Source of the DNA: Chthonomonadales bacterium
GTDB taxonomy: Bacteria; Armatimonadota; Chthonomonadetes; Chthonomonadales; CAJBBX01
Length of the DNA: 64,000 bases
Assembly: GCA_049967475.1 (NCBI GenBank)
Contig: JBMFSQ010000013.1
Location: 26,009 to 90,008 of the forward strand
Direction of reading: 5' to 3'
The notes beneath the pieces are model-generated. The model had not been told where the DNA came from. It saw only the letters and a list, made by a program, of their open reading frames with translations, and did no database searches. A program made the translations under genes and the position numbers. Positions 61,038 through 64,000 of the stretch are shown in pieces (position 1 is the stretch's first letter; the number at the start of each line of letters is the position of its first letter).

Positions 61038-61155
61038 CCTGTTCTCCCGTACGTTAAGGATTGGGTTTGGGTACCTGCACAGCCCTGAGGGGATTCAGTG
61101 GTGTCCCGCCGGTCCGCATCGCAGATGCTCGACCAGGCAGGTCCGATGATGTCCC

Positions 61156-61185
61156 ATTATACACCGCACCTTCCGCACGATGCAA
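61156..61185 (-). promoter_or_regulatory. sigma70 promoter of sigH
   Basis: TTGCAT-18bp-TATAAT. Confidence 0.6.
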
Positions 61186-61251
61186 GCACAATACGCAGAT
61201 TCCCCATTCCGCCATCCGCGATCCCCTGCGACGGCGGCTTCGCTCGGGGCA

Positions 61252-62211
61252 TTAGCCGGATATGGCAGAAGTCAGCCGGTCTCCAACCTGGATGCGGGCG
61301 CCGCGTGCCCATTCCGCGCCGGTCATCGTGCGCCGGCCTTCGGGCTGAACCTCGAGGAGCACAAGGCGGCCGCTCCCAGTCTCCACCTCCGGCCCCTCGG
61401 GCGTCAATCGCGTGATGCGGCCGGGATCGCCTGAAGCACCGGGAAGAGGCCGCGCCCGCCAGATCTTGAGGCGCCGCTCGTGAAAAAAGGACGATGCGCC
61501 CGGGAATGGGTTCAGTGCCCGGATGCGATTGTTGATGGCTTCCGCCGTGTGACACCAGGGTATCACGACGTCCTCCCCCGTGAGCGCCGGAGCGTACGTG
61601 GCGGCGGTATGATCCTGGGGTACCCGCGGGCATCGCCCTTGCGAAAGAAGATGCAAGGTCTCTACCACCAGATCCGCTCCCATTTGCGCCAACTTGTGGG
61701 TGAGAGTGCCCGCCGTGTCGTCCGGCTCGATGGGCAGCGATCGCTGCAGCAGAATGTCGCCGGTGTCCAGTGTGGCGTCCATCCACATCGTCGTTACCCC
61801 GGTGAGCTGCTCGCCGTTCATTATCGCCCGCTGAATGGGCGCCGCGCCACGGTACGCAGGCAGCAGCGAGGCATGGACGTTGATGGGACCTAGCGGCGGT
61901 AAATCCAGCAGGGTTTGGGGAATGATCTGGCCGAAGGCTGCCAGCACCAGCACATCGGGTTGAAGGTTCCGCGCAACCTGCAGAAACGAGGCAGCGCGTA
62001 CCTTCACCGGCTGAAGAACGGGCAGGCCCATCTGTTCGGCCAGGAGTTTCACCGGCGGAGATGAAAGCCGCAAGCCCCGGCCCCGCGGGCGATCGGGCTG
62101 GGTTACCACGGCAACAACACGCCATTCCGGCTCAGCGCGCGCCCCGGCAGATGCCAGCCTTTGGAGGATTGGAACCGCGAACTCGGAGGTCCCGAAAAAG
62201 AGAATGCGCAT
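61252..62211 (-). CDS. fmt: Methionyl-tRNA formyltransferase
   Basis: FFGTSEFA, VTQPDRPRGRG, INVHASLLPAYRGAAP, LDTGDI. Confidence 0.95.
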   Translation of the reverse strand: MRILFFGTSEFAVPILQRLASAGARAEPEWRVVAVVTQPDRPRGRGLRLSSPPVKLLAEQMGLPVLQPVKVRAASFLQVARNLQPDVLVLAAFGQIIPQTLLDLPPLGPINVHASLLPAYRGAAPIQRAIMNGEQLTGVTTMWMDATLDTGDILLQRSLPIEPDDTAGTLTHKLAQMGADLVVETLHLLSQGRCPRVPQDHTAATYAPALTGEDVVIPWCHTAEAINNRIRALNPFPGASSFFHERRLKIWRARPLPGASGDPGRITRLTPEGPEVETGSGRLVLLEVQPEGRRTMTGAEWARGARIQVGDRLTSAISG

Positions 62212-62351
62212 TACGCGTTTCCGTTACGTTCGTACGGCCGAATGATTATTCGCTCCGCCTGCCCTGCCGCCCGCGCCGCATCCCCTGCTTACCGCAGGAC
62301 TGCAAGCCCAATCTCTCCCCCCGCCGGAGGACCGGAGAAACCCCCACTCCC

Positions 62352-62435
62352 CCCGCGTGCGGGGGGATCAAGGGGGGCTGCCCGCGTGCGGGGGGATCAA
62401 GGGGGGCTGCCCATTCGCGGGGAAATCCAGGGGGA
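62352..62435. repeat. 29-bp GC-rich tandem repeat (two exact copies, one degenerate) between def and fmt
   Basis: CCCGCGTGCGGGGGGATCAAGGGGGGCTG at 62352-62380 and 62381-62409, degenerate copy at about 62410-62435. Confidence 0.85.
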
Positions 62436-62482
62436 CCCTCCCCCACTTCCCTTCGCTACAGCCCAATGATTATCCGCCCCGC

Positions 62483-63169
62483 CTAATCCTCGATAGGGGC
62501 TTCTCCCTCCTCCTCGATGAGCCAGTGAAGCGTGGAGGGGTCCGCGCGATCAATGAAAAGGATGCCGTCCAAGTGATCCACTTCGTGCTGGATCACCCGA
62601 GCCTCGAAGGCGGAGGCGCGGCGGCGCACGGGGCGGCCTTCATGATCCAGCGCCTTCACGACGATCTCGTAAGCCCGCGGGACGTCGCCCCGCAGGAAAG
62701 GGATCGAAAGGCATCCCTCGGGACCAACCTGCTCTCCCTTGCGGTGCACGATCTTGGGATTGATGAGCACCCGAACCGGCTCGAACTCCTGCCCGCCGAC
62801 CTCTTGCTCCCCTTGCCTTTCGACCGGCAAGCGGTAGACCAGAACTCGCAGAGACACTCCGATTTGGGGAGCAGCTAGACCCACCCCGTTGCCTGTGATC
62901 ATGGCTTGGGTCATGCGATGGATGAGTCCCCGCACGTCTTGGGCCGGCATGGGCGAAGCGAGCCCACCTGGAGCGCCTGCAGAGGCACGGAGCGCCGGGG
63001 ATCGCAGGGAAGCCGTAGACGCGGGAGGCACGGGGGCAGCCGGACGGCGAAGAACCTCGTGCGGATACTTCACGATGCCGTCGTTGCGTTCATTCCAAAT
63101 GCGGGCGATATCCGGGGGGATTTCGATCTCGACCCGTGCGGGACCCCGTGGCGCTTCGACCACTGGCAT
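62483..63169 (-). CDS. def: Peptide deformylase
   Basis: GVGLAAPQ, EGCLS, QHEVDHLDG. Confidence 0.95.
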   Translation of the reverse strand: MPVVEAPRGPARVEIEIPPDIARIWNERNDGIVKYPHEVLRRPAAPVPPASTASLRSPALRASAGAPGGLASPMPAQDVRGLIHRMTQAMITGNGVGLAAPQIGVSLRVLVYRLPVERQGEQEVGGQEFEPVRVLINPKIVHRKGEQVGPEGCLSIPFLRGDVPRAYEIVVKALDHEGRPVRRRASAFEARVIQHEVDHLDGILFIDRADPSTLHWLIEEEGEAPIED

Positions 63170-63315
63170 GGATCAAGCCTCCTGCTTGGATGCCACGCTG
63201 ATGCGGCAAGAGCGGCGAAGGGGCAATCCGGCACCTGCGCGTACGTTCCTGCCTGTGCGTGTGCGCACGCAGACCGGGCCCTGGTTCCACTCCGGCGCAG
63301 CGAACATGGGATTGT

Positions 63316-63324
63316 ATTATACCA
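63316..63324 (-). promoter_or_regulatory. Extended -10 promoter of def
   Basis: TGGTATAAT on the minus strand. Confidence 0.5.
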
Positions 63325-63428
63325 TAACGCCGCGGGTGTGCGGGATGGGCGGCGCGCCCACGCCCCTTGACGCGATGCAGCTTGCCCGCCGGTGCGATCA
63401 AGGCACGATCCACCCGCGCATAGTAGCG

Positions 63429-64000
63429 GTTTCAATTCCACGCTGGTGCGATTAGAAGCTTCCCTCCGATCCAGGCGATCCGTCCGATCCGTCCGATGTT
63501 TCAATTCCACGCTGGTGCGATTAGAAGTCACAAGCAATGCCGCAGTACGCCGGTTGGATGTGCCCATGTTTCAATTCCACGCTGGTGCGATTAAAAGGCG
63601 ACATTGACCGGACGACGCAGGAGCTGAACAAGACCGGTTTCAATTCCACGCTGGTGCGATTAAAAGCGCCTGGGGCAATACCCTGCCCCATATCATCACC
63701 GAGCGTTTCAATTCCACGCTGGTGCGATTAAAAGGCGCCAAAGACATGCGTGGCCAGACCGTCCCTGAGCTGCGTTTCAATTCCACGCTGGTGCGATTAA
63801 AAGCTCCCACAACTCTTGCTGACGCACTGGCTTCAACAGTCAGTTTCAATTCCACGCTGGTGCGATTAAAAGTCGCTCTCAGCGATCTAGCTTGGGAGCG
63901 ATACCAGGTTCGCGTTTCAATTCCACGCTGGTGCGATTAAAAGCTGTGCGCGCGTGTCAAGGTAGAATTGCGTCTACAGTTTCAATTCCACGCTGGTGCG
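63429..64000 (-). CRISPR. CRISPR array (8 full repeats + 1 partial, continues beyond window); 30-bp repeat CTTTTAATCGCACCAGCGTGGAATTGAAAC
   Basis: GTTTCAATTCCACGCTGGTGCGATTAAAAG starts at 63429, 63498, 63568, 63637, 63705, 63774, 63843, 63914 and 63979; spacers 35-41 bp; the two leftmost repeats carry an A>G variant. Orientation is inferred from the ATTGAAAC handle. Confidence 0.97.

Noticed and set aside
61060..61140. Resemblance of the sigH leader to ykkC or c-di-AMP riboswitches (CTGGTCGAG, CGGCGGGA, CTGAATCC)
   Set aside because: Only scattered short matches; core conserved elements are missing.
63248..63278. TGCGTG-TGCG-CACGCA hairpin upstream of def
   Set aside because: Single short GC-rich dyad; no second copy seen in the window.
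63070..63940. Short ORFs with repeated FNSTLVRL / NRTSVELK peptides
   Set aside because: Translations of the CRISPR repeats.

Overview
GC-rich bacterial chromosome segment, most likely from an Armatimonadota-like organism (inferred from the prepilin/H-X9-DG proteins, the ~660-680 aa DUF6785-like membrane proteins, a SigH-type sigma factor and an outer-membrane porin). The most notable region is the left end (<1-8003, minus strand), a respiratory gene cluster: NarK-type transporter, a short Tat-less type II DMSO-reductase-family molybdoenzyme, a three-domain Fe-S/cytochrome c/NarI-like fusion, a Rieske protein, an unsplit cytochrome b and an alginate-export-family porin that the ORF track missed. 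Its two promoters share an identical 12-bp motif at the same distance from the -10 box. Also present: a Cys-motif-rich prepilin/OB-fold/FMN-binding/ABC operon; two loci pairing a glycoside hydrolase with a DUF6785-like membrane protein; aconitase and queG; a T-box-controlled ilv-leu cluster with cimA and a P-II gene; efp-accB-accC; gnd-zwf; sigH; def-fmt; and the probable trailer end of a CRISPR array running off the right edge. All family assignments come from motif recognition by eye; no database searches were run.
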